63,806 bases of DNA, filler included, from Stramenopiles sp. TOSAG23-6 (GCA_900128565.1; 18 parts of 18 records of this genome joined end to end with filler, not necessarily neighbours in it); one strand, 5' to 3'; positions 12,305 to 24,988 are shown, counted from the first letter of the whole stretch. Notes: generated from the sequence alone by a model not told the origin. A program made the numbers and translations.

Positions 12305-13244
12305 GTGGCCTTGTTCGATTGTGTACTAAAAAATATGAATATCCAAATGATAAAAATTTCCGAAATACATGTATGTTTTATTTTATTTTTTTTTTTTTGA
12401 GCCTTAAAAAAAAATCGAATTTTTTTTTTATAGTAAATTTTGTACCTAACAATTTTTTTAGAATTTTTTTTGAAATATTTTTCGAAAATATTTTTTTTTC
12501 ATAGTAAATTTTGTACCTAACAAATTTTTTAGAATTTTTTTTGAAATATTTTTCCAAAATACATTTATGCATCTTACAAATTATTCATTAAACAAGCATA
12601 ATCCTGATTTTACTGTTGGTGATTCCAATGATAGCAATAATAATGAAAGTAAAAGTACATATGAAATTGGTACAACTGGGAACGTAGGTGTTTCATTTTT
12701 ACATTTTTACATTTTTACATTTTTACATTTTTAGATTTTTATTAAAAAAAAAAAAAAAAAAAATCGTACGAAATTTTGTACCTAACAATTTTTTTTTTTT
12801 TTTTTTGAAATATGTTTTTAAAAATACAGAAACGTTCTCTGAAATGGTTTAAAACATGGATAGAAGAAAATGGAAATGATTTTGATACTCTTTGGAAAAA
12901 AATATGTGATATAGTTGTGAAAACAATATTATTAGTACAACCTAGTATGGCGCATAAATGTAATTCTTATTTTCAACATAACACAACAAAATCAACAAAA
13001 TCAACAAAATCAACAAAATCATCATCTTGCTTTCAAATTTTAGGGTTGGATATTTTTGTTGATGATGAAATTCGCCCATGGTTGATTGAGACAAATGCAT
13101 CACCTAGTTTTGGAACCAGTGCAGATATTGATCATGATGTAAAATTTAAAATAGTTTCAGATTGTTTAAAAATGTTAAATGTAAAATCGAATGATAAACA
13201 AATTTATGAACGACAAACATCACGTGCTGCACGACAACGACTAT
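12305..13244 (+). CDS. TTLL polyglutamylase catalytic core (3 exons)
   Basis: GLVRLCTKKY...RNTF/MHLTNYSLNK, GN/KRSL, LWKKICDIVVKTIL, CFQILGLDIFVD...PWLIETNASPSF. Introns 12371-12564 (GT-AT) and 12684-12829 (GT-AG). Confidence 0.88.
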
Positions 13245-13327
13245 GTATGTTTTATTTTTTTTTTTTTTGTATGAAAAAGTTTGATCAATTTTGAAAATAA
13301 ATTTGAAATTCATCATAAATAACTTAC

Positions 13328-14030
13328 ATTTTTCTTGTTTTTCTAATAATTGCACAGCTTCATCAAATGTCATAACAGGTTTTAAGCTTAATGTATTGTG
13401 AAAAATAATTTTTTTTTTGTAAAATTTGTTAGGTACGAAATTTCGTACGAAAACCAAAAAAAAAATTCATACAAAAAAAAAAATAAAACATACATGATTG
13501 TTTTCGATCTAAAGCGCCCATTTTACTCATATGTTTTGCTACAGCTATGTATTGTGAAAATTTGCTTTTGTTATGTATAAATAATTGTTAGGTATGAAAA
13601 TTTATTTCAAAAAAAAAAAAAAAAAAAATTCAAATATTTTGTTTAGGTACAAAATTTCGTACGAAAAAAAAAATTGAAATTCATAATAATAATAATAATG
13701 TACAAATATTTTTCATATCGTTCAATCGCAATTCGATCAACTAAAACTTCTTTTTGATAGCCTGTTTCCGTTGATGAGTTTGTATTTATTGTATTATTAT
13801 ACAATAATGGTGGATAAATTTGTTGAAATGTATTTTCTGTCATTTTTTGTGTTTTTTGTGTTTTTTGTGTTTTCTTTGGTTTTGGTACAAAATTATGTAT
13901 ATCTGTTTTGTCCTGATGTTTTTCAGTCATTGTTGTAGGGTTAGGGTTTGTTGTAGCACTACGAAAATCTCCAATAGAATTTGTTCTACGTAAAAATCTT
14001 TTTGAAATTACTTTCTTGTATTTCGGACTG
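13328..14030 (-). CDS. Probable TTLL C-terminal exons, inverted relative to the core
   Basis: FQQIYPP...RYEKYL resembles the TTLL F.RIYP motif. In-frame GT-AT introns 13547-13703 and 13391-13493 flank a 53-nt exon. Confidence 0.5.
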
Positions 14031-14259
14031 TATGTATTTTTGAAAAATATTTTAAAAAAAATTCTAAAAAATTTGTTAGGTACAAAATTTCGTATGAAAA
14101 AAAAAATATTTTTGAAAAAATATTTCAAAAAAAAANNNNNNNNNNNNNNNNNNNNNNNNNNNNNNNNNNNNNNNNNNNNTTAATTAATTAANNNNNNNNN
14201 NNNNNNNNNNNNNNNNNNNNNNNNNNNNNNNNNNNAACATGTGTATTCTTTCTTTTCTT

Positions 14260-17187
14260 GGTTATATTGTATAACACAACAAGTGTTGTCGCAGCACCAC
14301 CAGAAGCAAAAGCAGCACCAGCACCAGAAGCAGCAGAAGCAAAAGCAACAGCAGAAGAAGAAGCACGAGCAGCATATTACGAACGCACATTGGAGTTTCT
14401 CGAACCGCTACGTGAGGCTAAGAATGCTCAACGTCGAAGAAACAAAGCAAAAAGAGCAGCACGGAAAGCGGCCAACACGATCCAAATGGCCGCAGCAGAC
14501 GCAGCAAAAGCAGACGCAGCACGAGCAGTACCAGAAGCAGAAGAAGAAGCAAAAGCAGGAGAAACAAAAGCAAACCCAGAACGTTTGCAAGCGTTCATCA
14601 ATGGTCTCAAAGAAGTCTTCGAAAATGCTACTTCAGATGATATTCAACCAACTATGTGAGTTTTTTTTCGAATTTTTTTTTCGAATTTTTTTTTCATAGT
14701 AAATTTCGTACCTAACAAAAAAAAAATTTTGAAATATTTTTTAAGCTACATCGATGCTTCTGAAAACGTATTCGAAGAGATGAAAGAGGCTGTTTCTGGT
14801 GAATGTAGTTCGGAAGCTATTGTCCTCACTTTGAAAAATCATTTCGAAGAATTCAATACATTGTTTGTTTTTATCATTCATTTTAATTTCAATGTACAAT
14901 TTTTTTTTACTACGAAATTCTGTCCAAAACTTTTTTTTTTTTTTTAATTTCAATGTATAATTTTTTTTTGCTGAAAAAAACCAAAAAAAACAAAAAAAAC
15001 AAAAAAACTTTTTTTTTTTTTTTACTATGAAAATTTGTACCTAATTGTGTAAAAAAAAATTGGAATATTTTTCGGAAATATATATTGGCTCAAGGCAATG
15101 AAGAGAACAAGGAAGAGGAGAAGAAAGTCATTCTGGAAAAAGTCAAGGCTATCGCAAAAGGAAACTCTGGAAAATTGTATGTTTCTTCATTCTGAATTTT
15201 AAATTTATATTTATAGTTTTTTTTCATACGAAATTTTCATAGAAAACAAAAAAACATTGAGATTTTTTTTATAGAAGAATTAATTAATCCCAACATTTTC
15301 TTCCGTGTTTTTGATGTTTTTTACTAAGTAGCGTTTCCGTCTTTTTCAATTGAAAAAACAAAAAAAAACAATCATTTTGTATTTTTTTTCATATCTTTTT
15401 TTTTTTTTTTTTTTTTTTTTTCATACACTTTACACTAACAAAAATATTTTGATTGCATCAAATTTGAAATATTCTTTCATTATTCAGTTATGAAGCTATG
15501 CTAAAAGCCATTTTTTGTGATGCGCAAACGCTTATTGAAGAGTTGCATCAATCTACGACGCCAGAAGGAAAACCATCTTTGGCGACGATACAGGTACTGT
15601 GCGTCATCTATTATACATATATATATATATATATATATATTTGTAGTACGTTTTGTACTTAACAAATTTTTAAAATATTTTTGAAATATTTTTTCACAAA
15701 ATAGGAAGGGCAGAGTAACGTTTTATCAAGAATTCATGGCAAGAGTGAAAGAAGCAGAAGCAACAGCAGCAGAAGCAAGAAAAGCAGAAGCAGCAGCACG
15801 AGCAGAAGCACCACCGGCGGGAGCACCACCAGCAGGACCACCAGCAGCACCACCAGCACCACGGCCACTGCCACATCCGGCGAATCTGCCACGCTGGAAA
15901 GACCCAGCAGAAGCAGCAGCAGCAGTACGCATTCAAGCTGTCTATCGTGGACACAAAGGAAGAGAAACAGCAACCGCCGCAGAAGCAGCAAGAGCAGAAG
16001 CAGAACGAATTGCTGCAGAAGCAGCAGCAGCAGCACACGCAGCAGCGGAAGCACCAGCAGCAAGAGCATTCTATGCTGTTCGACGAGGTCATGTTGGAGA
16101 AGTTGCACAACTTATCGCTGATGGTGTTGATGTCAATCTGACTGATAACGATGGATCTACACTATTGTTTATTGCTTCAATGAATGGTTATGATGAAGTA
16201 GTTCAACTACTTCTCGGTGCAAAGGGAATTGATGTCAACGCGGTGAACTTTGATGAAGAAACCCCATTGTTAATGGCTTCATTTTTTGGTCATGTTGGAG
16301 TAGTTCAATTACTTCTCAATGCTGGTGCAAATGTCAATCAGTCAGATATCGACGGATGTACCCCATTGTTTAATGCTTCAAAGATGGGTTATGAAGGAGT
16401 AGTTCAAATACTTCTTGCTGCTGGTGCTGATGTCAATCAGGTTGATGAAGACGGATATACCCCATTGTATAAAGCTTCAGGGAATGGTCATGATAAAGTA
16501 GTTGAAGAACTTCTTGAAGCAAAGGAAATTGATGTCAATCAGGCTCCTAAAAGTGGATTCTGGAGTGGATATACCCCATTGTATATTGCTTCAGAGAGAG
16601 GTCATTATAAAGTAGTTCAACTACTTATCGATGCTGGTGCAGAAGGGGAAATGAAAGGAGAAAACGTAGCAGCAGAAGCAGCAAAATCAGCCGCAGAAGC
16701 AAAAGCAGCACCAGCACCACCAGCAGCAGCACCACCAGCAGCAGCACCACCAGCAGCAGCACCACCAGCAGCAGGACCACCAGCAGCAGGACCACCAGCA
16801 GCAGCACCACCACCAGCAGCACCACCAGCAGGACCACCAGCAGCAGCACCACCAGCAGCAGCACCAGCAGCACCACCAGCAGCACCACCAGCAGCACCAC
16901 CAGCACCAGCACCAGCAGCACCACCAGCAGGAGCACCACCAGCACCACCAGCAGCAGGACCACCAGCAGCACCACCAGCACCAGCACCAGCAGGACCACC
17001 AGCAGGAGCTCCACCAAATGCACCAGCTCCACCAAATGCACCAGCTCCACCACCACCAGGAGCACCAACACCAACACCAACACCAGCACCAACACCAGCA
17101 TCTGGTACGGGTTCAAAAGTTTCACACACTTATGTGCTAACTACTACGGCACTTTTGGGTGTTCTATCATTTGTCGCAATATTATAA
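14260..17187 (+). CDS. Ala-rich IQ-motif + ankyrin-repeat protein with Pro/Ala stalk and hydrophobic C-terminal tail (multi-exon, 5' partial)
   Basis: IQ motif AAVRIQAVYRGHKGR, about six ankyrin repeats (G.TPLY.AS..GH..VV.LLL.AGA.VN), a (PAA)n stalk, and C-terminus TYVLTTTALLGVLSFVAIL. Introns 14656-14751, 14863-15083, 15177-15487 and 15599-15704. Confidence 0.8.
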
Positions 17188-17790
17188 GGCAAAGAAGATC
17201 GTTTTTGTCGCATTATAAGGCAAAAAGTCTCAGAATATTCCATTTTATATTTATATTTGACTTTTTTTGAATTGTAGAATTTTCGTGAAAATAATTTGAT
17301 ACAAAAAAACGAGAGATATGAAGATAATTTTGTGAATCATGCTTTTTATATTTTTGAAAACTTCGTACTTTATATTTTATTCATGTGGTGTGGTTTAAAA
17401 ATATGATTTACTTTATTTGATAAAAAAATAAAATCGATGCATGCAGAAAAAAATTCCTTTTGTTTTTTTGTCTTTCATGATTTTGTTTTCATACAAAATT
17501 GTATACAAAATTGTATACAAAATTGTATACATGTTTTTTTGGGTTTTTTTCAAAGTTTCGTTGTGAGTTTTTTCTTTAATCCTAACCCTAATCTATCCTG
17601 CCATTCATTTTCATGTTTTATATGATCTTTTTTAATTTTAATCCTAACCCTAATCTATCCTGCCATTCATTTTCATGTTTTATATGATCTTNNNNNNNNN
17701 NNNNNNNNNNNNNNNNNNNNNNNNNNNNNNNNNNNTTAATTAATTAANNNNNNNNNNNNNNNNNNNNNNNNNNNNNNNNNNNNNNNNNNN

Positions 17791-19940
17791 NAAAAAGCAA
17801 AGGAAGCTGCAGAGTATTTTGACGTTGATCCTTCCGCTTCCAAGCCATCTTCAGCACTTGCAACTTCCTTTCTTGAGTTAAACCTTTCCCGCCCATTACT
17901 TAAAGCAACTACAGCAATGGGATATCAACGTCCTACACCAATACAAGCGAGGAGTATACCACTTGCACTCGCTGGGCGAGATATTTGTGCTAGTGCTCAA
18001 ACTGGTTCTGGTAAAACGGCTGCATTTTTATTACCAGTGCTAGAACGTTTATTATATCGCTCACGACGTGGTGGAGGTGCCACTCGCGTGTTGATCGTTT
18101 CACCAACTAGGGAATTAGCATCTCAGATTCATACGGAAGCTGAAAAATTATCCTCTGCGACAGACATTCTTTCAGCACTAATCGTTGGTGGCTTATCTCT
18201 AGGGAAGCAAGAAGCTGCTCTTCGAGCTCGCCCAGATATTGTGGTTGGCACTCCTGGTCGTTTGGTGGATCACCTTCGCAACTCTTCTTGTGTCCATTTT
18301 GATGATGTTGAAGTCTTGGTATTAGATGAAGCTGATCGATTACTTGATATGGGGTTTGAAGATGAGTTACATGAACTTTTACGATTCTGTCCAAAAGGTA
18401 GACAAACATTATTATTTTCTGCTACAATGAGCAATGATGTACGTGCTGATCAGGAATTTAAATTTTATTTTTCATACGAAATTTTGTACCTAACAAATTT
18501 TATGATTTTTTTTTGAAATATTTTTTCTCAATACATGTTCAAGCATTAATTAAAATGTCTTTAAATAGACCAGTTCGTATTTGTGTGGATGATGTTACCA
18601 ACGTTGCAGACCGACTTGTGCAAGAATTTATTCGTATTCGCAAAGAGGCTGAGGATTCTAGGGAAGCTGTTGTTGTAGGACTTATCGCCCGTTCATTCAA
18701 AAAAAATGCAATTGTATTTTGTGCATCAAAAGTTGCAGCACATCGTCTTGTCATTGTTTTAGGAATTCTGGGTATAAAAGCTGCTGAATTACATGGAAAT
18801 CTTACTCAGACTCAACGTGCAGACGCTCTTCGTCGTTTTAAAAATGGCAAAGTTACTATTCTTATTGCTACTGATTTGGCTGGACGTGGTCTTGATATTC
18901 CTCATGTACGTTTAAAAAAATGATTTTGTTTTTTATTTTAAATTTTCTAGAAAATTTTGTACTTAACATTTAAAAAAAAAAAATTATATTTTCCCAAAAT
19001 ACATGTTGCAACTGTAATTAATATGTCGATGCCACGTGAACATACTCGTTATGTACATCGTGTCGGTCGTACAGCTCGAGCTGGTCGTAGTGGTCGTGCT
19101 GTATCTCTTGTTGGAGAGAAGGGACGTGCAATGATGAAATTGATTGTAAAGAAATCATCAAAGAAAGGTACATCTGAAGTAGATAAAAAACAACTTTTTA
19201 TACGTAGTCGTGTAGTACCACCAAAAACAATTGCTGTTTGGAAAAGAAAAATTGCAGGAATAGAAGATGAAGTTACTGCTGTATTAGACATGGAAAGAGC
19301 CGAGAAAGCAGCACGTGTTGCTGAAATGGAAGTAAACAAAGCGTCTAACTTAATGATGTATGAAGATGACATTGCAAGGCGCCCAAAACGTACATGGTTC
19401 AAAAGTAGTGCTGACAAAGAAGCTACTCGTGTTGCTAGTAAAGAAGAGTATGATCGTCGTGGTTATATAATGATTGACAATAAGAAGGTGGAGCGTTCGA
19501 AATTAGGTCCAGCTGAAAAAGAACTCTTGAAGCTTACAAGTGGCCCAAATCGTAAATTAAAGAATGGTATGGGAATCCATAGACTTTCGAGACAAAAACG
19601 AAGACGACGTGAACTTGATGCAGCTATGGATGATGGTAGTGTTGAAAAGATGCTTGCACAACAAGGACGACAAATAAGACAAGCTCGTAAGGCAAGAGAA
19701 AGAGGAGAAACCACAACTGCAGAGAATATAGCTGCTCGTGAGAAGAGAAAGAAACTGAAAGATAAAGCAATGAAGGCATATATTAAGAAAAAAACAGATG
19801 ATTCTTCTGCTGCTGTGGAAAAAAATAAGGACTCTGAAAATAAACAAGAACGAACTGTTGGTGAAAAACGTAAAGCAGCAAAGAAGAAGAAGCTTGCTAA
19901 AGGAGGATTTAAGAGTAAAAAACGTTTTAAACGGCGTTAA
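17791..19940 (+). CDS. DDX27: DEAD-box RNA helicase DRS1/DDX27 (3 exons visible, 5' partial)
   Basis: PTPIQ, AQTGSGKT, PTRELA, DEAD, SAT, RGLDI and YVHRVGRTARAGR motifs. C-terminal RPKRTWF and FKSKKRFKRR are typical of DRS1. Introns 18439-18536 and 18906-19004. Confidence 0.93.
18439..18536 (+). other. Non-canonical GT-AT intron (DDX27 intron 1)
   Basis: GAT|GTACGT...TTTTGTACCTAAC...CTCAATACAT|GTT restores LFSATMSND-VQALIKMSL. No AG lies between branch site and junction. Confidence 0.88.
18906..19004 (+). other. Non-canonical GT-AT intron (DDX27 intron 2)
   Basis: CAT|GTACGT...GTACTTAAC...CAAAATACAT|GTT restores RGLDIPH-VATVIN, collinear with the DEAD-box motif V region. Confidence 0.88.
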
Positions 19941-20087
19941 TTGTTTTTCTTAATGTACCGAATAAATATGTAAGATTTTTATAATTATATTGGCATTATA
20001 TTGTTAGCATATTGTTACAATGTCATCATCATGTGTTGTTTAGTTGATACCCGGTAACACCCATTACCATAAAAAATAGAGAAAAAA

Positions 20088-20205
20088 TTAGCTCAGCAAG
20101 CAGGCTTCCAAACGGGTCCCCCACGATCGTACTAGCTGCTCTCAACCGGGCTTAACTTCTCAGTTCGGATGGGATGAGGTGCTGGTCCGGTGATATGGCC
20201 GAGCT
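20088..20205 (-). rRNA. 5S rRNA gene (solitary)
   Basis: Minus strand reads AGCTCGGCCATATC...ATCCCATCCGAACT..GAAGTTAAG...GCTAGTAC...GTGGGGGACC...GCTGAGCT. The ends pair, and a T-run (Pol III terminator) follows. Confidence 0.88.
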
Positions 20206-20476
20206 GATGTTGAGTAAATCGTTAAATATATATACATAAAAATATAGTCAGTTTAAAATGAACCAGAGTTGATAAATATTTCTTTTTTGTTGTCTCATGA
20301 CACAGAAGATGTATTTAGAATTCTTGCAAAAGATAAAATATTCGTATTATTACACTTATGTAGTATGTAGATGATAAAATTACTCATATATGACCTCCTA
20401 TTTATTTATATATTCAAATTGAAAATTCTTTAGACAGCATTGAAATTTCAAATTTGAGTTCTCTCAGTTTCTGTTA

Positions 20477-20974
20477 TTATACTGTGCCTTCAATAACATT
20501 TCCTTTTTTCCTATTTAATGGAGGACCATTTCCTGAACAGCGTGATATTATTCTTTCGATTACATCTGTAGTAGATATACCAGAAGAATATTCTATTTTT
20601 CTGTACATTCCTAGTTTGATAGGAATACTATACATCATTTTTTCAGATTCAGGTGAAATATCACTACCATGTATAACGATATCAATTTTGTGTTTACGCA
20701 AGTATTCCTCCGAGATACGTAATGGAGCATTTTCAATGACCTCATCGACATAGCGACAGCTTCTTACAACTTCAGCACGTTCTGCAAGAGTCATAACTGG
20801 AAGACGTTTGTACGAAGCAACATCTAAGTCGTTGTGCACACCAACAACAAGTGTTACATTTGGAGCGAACTGTTTCGATCGAGCATATAAACGGACATGG
20901 CCATGGTGAAAAAGATCAGCTACACAATCTACATATACACGAACATTCTCTTTCTCTATAGAACATGTTGGCAT
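20477..20974 (-). CDS. Choline/ethanolamine-phosphate cytidylyltransferase-like (single domain)
   Basis: RVYVDCVADLFHHGH (HxGH), LVVGVHND, ERAEVVRSCRYVDEVI, HGSD and GISTT. Confidence 0.88.
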   Translation of the reverse strand: MPTCSIEKENVRVYVDCVADLFHHGHVRLYARSKQFAPNVTLVVGVHNDLDVASYKRLPVMTLAERAEVVRSCRYVDEVIENAPLRISEEYLRKHKIDIVIHGSDISPESEKMMYSIPIKLGMYRKIEYSSGISTTDVIERIISRCSGNGPPLNRKKGNVIEGTV

Positions 20975-21434
20975 TGTTGTTATATTCGAAGAATTTATTG
21001 TAATTACGAGCAAATTTAAATTGAAGACTTACAGTACCTGTAGGTGATGTCGAACACCACAAAAATAGCAAGTCACAAAACCGGTAAATTTTTTTTTGAG
21101 GAACCGGGTACACCATTCCGAATCATATTTTTGGAAAAACAGAGCCAGATAGAGTCAGCTCTTTTTATTTGTGCGACTGGTATTTTAAAAAAGTAAACTT
21201 CACGGTGATAGAAACTTCAAAGAAAAGGACTCCGAAAGATTTCAAGNNNNNNNNNNNNNNNNNNNNNNNNNNNNNNNNNNNNNNNNNNNNTTAATTAATT
21301 AANNNNNNNNNNNNNNNNNNNNNNNNNNNNNNNNNNNNNNNNNNNNAAAAAAAAATTGAAAATTTGTTAGGTACAAAATTTACTATAAAAAAAAAATAAA
21401 TTTGAAATTGAAAATGAAAAAAAAAAAAACATAC

Positions 21435-23300
21435 ATAATATTTTAAGAAAGTTCTTTCTTGCGAACAGCATTCAAGAAGCATCGCACATAACTCACCTTC
21501 ACCACCAATAGGAATATTAATTTTTAATAATTTATATGTTGTGAAATAATATTTGTAATTTTTTTTTTTTTGTTAGGTACAAAATTTTCATACAAAAAAA
21601 AAATTGTAGAAAATGTCTAAAAATTTTTTTTTTTTTTTGTTAGGTACAAAATTTTCATACAAAAAAAAAAATTGTAGAAAATTTCTAAAAAAGTAGAAAC
21701 GTACATGCACACATTCTTCAAAAGCAAGTGATGACATTAATGTTAGATAAATGGTACGCCGCATATTGACCAAGTCTGTTTCAGTACAATCGGCAATAGT
21801 TAATTGTTTGGATTTTTCGCCAAGTGGTGCAATTTGATTCATATTTTCTTGAGTAGGGTTAGGGTCTTCNTCATTTTCGTCGTCATCGCCTTCGGTACCA
21901 CTGTCAGAAGAACTNCCATCATCATCATCATCATCATCATCATCGCTACTAGAACTTGACTCACTATCATCCCCCAACACTTCGGATTTTATTTGTTTCC
22001 ATATTTTTTCACCTTGAATATACTCAGGATCAAAAACAAATTCATTTAAATTCTTCTGCGTGTCAAATTCATCGTCCATACCCACTTCATGNGTTACTTT
22101 ATCATCATCCTCAACCAAGTCTAATCCTGGTAACGTAATAGGAAACTCTTTGAACCCTTTGCGTCTCATGACAAATAATTGTTCGACAACGTATTGAGTT
22201 TTAACATTNATCTGTCCTTCATGCAAAATTCGTCGAAATAATTGGAAAATGGCATTTATAGCAGCTGGTGCAGTATCAGATATATATTGACCAACTTCTT
22301 TCATTAAATTGACGGCAACTAACACGGAGTCATTTGTCGGATCTTCTAATAAAACAGTCAACAATTGTAATACTAATATTTCGTGTACTACTTCTTGATT
22401 GACTAAATGAGCCACCATTTTTGTAAGCGCAACAATTTTCACTTTATCATTTGTAGTATAGGCAACACGAAAATTTTCGATGGCTCGCTTTACCGTTAAT
22501 TCGCCAATTTCAGGTAGTTTTGTGTTAATCACTGCAACAAGAGCACAATATACACTTGTAAAGGATGGAGATGCCTTTTGCGCGTTGAGTATGCCTTTGA
22601 CAAAGAGACCACGACCACGTACTAAATTACACTTGAAAAAGGAAGGAATCATTTCCTTCATGTTGGACACATTTATCTTATTGATTGCGCTATTCAACTG
22701 TTTTTTTAAAGATTTCCAGGATAGTTTCTGTGCTTCAATGCTGTTTTTATCAGGAATCTTTTGCTTTCCCATTCGTGCCAACTTGAAAGGTGGTATGTAT
22801 TTTCCAGTATACACAGGCTTTGATGGTTCATTTTTTTTTCCCTCATGTTGTCCTCTATTTCTTGATTTTCGACTGTTGCGTTCTCTAGATCTCGAATGTC
22901 GTCCATCGCGATCTCTTGATCTAGAATATCGTCTTTCACGTTCCCTAGATCTCGAGTGTCGTCTATTGCGTTCCCTTGAAGAACGAGAACGTCGTCTATT
23001 GCGTTCCCTAGATCTAGAACGTCGTCTACCGCGATCCCTAGATCTGGAACGTCGTCTATCATGAACGCTTGAACGTTTTCCATCATGTTCCTTTGAACGT
23101 CGCCTATCATTGTTCTGTTCATCATCATCCTTGTTCTGGGTCGTTGGGGAATTTTCCATAGCACCATCAGGTCCTTTTTCTACAGAACTGCTCGAACCTG
23201 AAGAGGACGAAATTGAACGCGACCTTGAACGACGCCGCTTGCGCTCTCTAGACCGCGACTTTGATCGTGAACGTTGACGCTTCTTTGCAGGTGATGTCAT
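21435..23300 (-). CDS. CWC22: Pre-mRNA splicing factor CWC22 (RS-rich N-terminus, MIF4G, MA3; 3' partial)
   Basis: GKYIPPFKL, NLVRGRGLF, LLEDPTNDSV, RRTIYLTLMSSLAFEECVH-KLLK and ECCSQERTF. Intron 21534-21704. Confidence 0.95.
21534..21704 (-). other. Non-canonical GT-AT intron in CWC22 (internally duplicated)
   Basis: CAT|GTACGT...CACAACATAT|AAA restores the conserved EEC.H-KLLK. No AG follows the branch site. Confidence 0.9.
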
Positions 23301-23702
23301 TGAGAATGTGCGAAGAAGATTATATTGAGAGAAGTAATACACAAAATGACAATAACTTCTGAGAAGTCACCGCAATATTATAGTATACACACACTCAAGT
23401 CTGAGAGGAGAAGGTACGACAGTCAAAAAACTTCTTTCGGAACTTCAAAAGAAAAACTCGCATGATGCACGCAACACACAATTTTGTACCAATTTTTATT
23501 ACTTAAGCCATCACACAAAAGCGACACGTAAAAACCCTAACCCTAGGTAGTACTTACTACCTACATTCAATCTAAATCAGAGAGAGGAAGTAAAAAAAAT
23601 GTCATCAATTTTATGAACAATTTTATTTGGACACACATGTAAAGACTATATATATTTCTCTGGATGGATAACACTCATTTCTAATGTTATATTCTAAATA
23701 AC

Positions 23703-24175
23703 CACATATACTGTGTAATAACACACTGCGACTATACACGTATACAATGGTTGGTGGTGTAGAAAAAACCACACTATTTCATGAAATATGCGTAAAAACT
23801 GCAGACAAGACCGCTTTAATTCCACGCCCAGTCGTTTTAAGTCCTTTTCTTTCTGAAGCATTGGCAATAAATGAATATATCGCGTTGTATAAGCAGTTTT
23901 TACTTGATAATTTCGATGCGTATGTTGATTCAAGGCGTTTTCTTGAAGCAACTGGTGAATCCTCAAAAATGACTGATGAGCAGCGTGAAGTGATTGATAA
24001 AGAATGCGTTCAATTTGCGAATTCTTGTTGTACAAGAATTGAACATCTCAAAAATTTGGAAGGAAAAAAAAGTACTACGGCGAATGATACAGAAATGAAT
24101 ATACATCGTGGATCTTTGCTCTTCCATCAAAAAAATGTCTCTGGTATTTTATTTGATCGGTACGTGTTTGACCCA

Positions 24176-24217
<42 letters not shown>

Positions 24218-24285
24218 CGGAAATTTTTTCCCTAAAGATTTTTTTTTTTTTAAAAAAAAAAAAATCTTTAGGGAAAAAATTTCCG

Positions 24286-24327
<42 letters not shown>

Positions 24328-24800
24328 TGGGTCAAACACGTACCGATCAAATAAAATACCAGAGACATTTTTTTGATGGAAGAGCAAAGATCCACGATGT
24401 ATATTCATTTCTGTATCATTCGCCGTAGTACTTTTTTTTCCTTCCAAATTTTTGAGATGTTCAATTCTTGTACAACAAGAATTCGCAAATTGAACGCATT
24501 CTTTATCAATCACTTCACGCTGCTCATCAGTCATTTTTGAGGATTCACCAGTTGCTTCAAGAAAACGCCTTGAATCAACATACGCATCGAAATTATCAAG
24601 TAAAAACTGCTTATACAACGCGATATATTCATTTATTGCCAATGCTTCAGAAAGAAAAGGACTTAAAACGACTGGGCGTGGAATTAAAGCGGTCTTGTCT
24701 GCAGTTTTTACGCATATTTCATGAAATAGTGTGGTTTTTTCTACACCACCAACCATTGTATACGTGTATAGTCGCAGTGTGTTATTACACAGTATATGTG
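23703..24800. repeat. Perfect ~550-bp inverted repeat (fold-back), probably an artefact
   Basis: Mirror ORFs 23747+ and 24756-. The centre (24251/24252) lies in an intronic T/A run and one arm ends at the contig end. Confidence 0.9.
23747..24159 (+). CDS. Syntaxin-18/Ufe1-like N-terminal exon
   Basis: SPFLSEALAINEYI...FLLDNFDAYVD...MTDEQREVIDKE...C...IEHLK matches the Syntaxin-18_N pattern. Donor GTACGT at 24160. Confidence 0.75.
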
Positions 24801-24988
24801 NNNNNNNNNNNNNNNNNNNNNNNNNNNNNNNNNNNNNNNNNNNNTTAATTAATTAANNNNNNNNNNNNNNNNNNNNNNNNNNNNNNNNNNNNNNNNNNNN
24901 GTAGTGAAAATTATTTTAAACTTGAAATTCGTTAGGTACAAAATTTGGTACAAAAAAATTAGGTAAAAATTTAAATTTGAAAACGTAC

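Noticed and set aside
15694-17129. Antisense poly-Leu/Val, Gly/Ala and Cys-rich ORFs (also 55391-55789 and 63355-63537)
   Set aside because: Shadow frames of low-complexity coding repeats.
18437-18534. AT-AC / U12-type reading of the introns (slide by -2)
   Set aside because: Possible only where exons end in AT. Elsewhere it gives GT, AC, TT or TC starts, and it breaks EF-hand DGDG (46693) and GQY (51111). Donors lack RTATCCTT and the branch is 33-42 nt away, unlike U12 introns.
23703-24800. Giant palindrome as a biological hairpin or siRNA locus
   Set aside because: Perfect identity, a centre in an intronic homopolymer and an arm ending at the contig end indicate an MDA or assembly fold-back.
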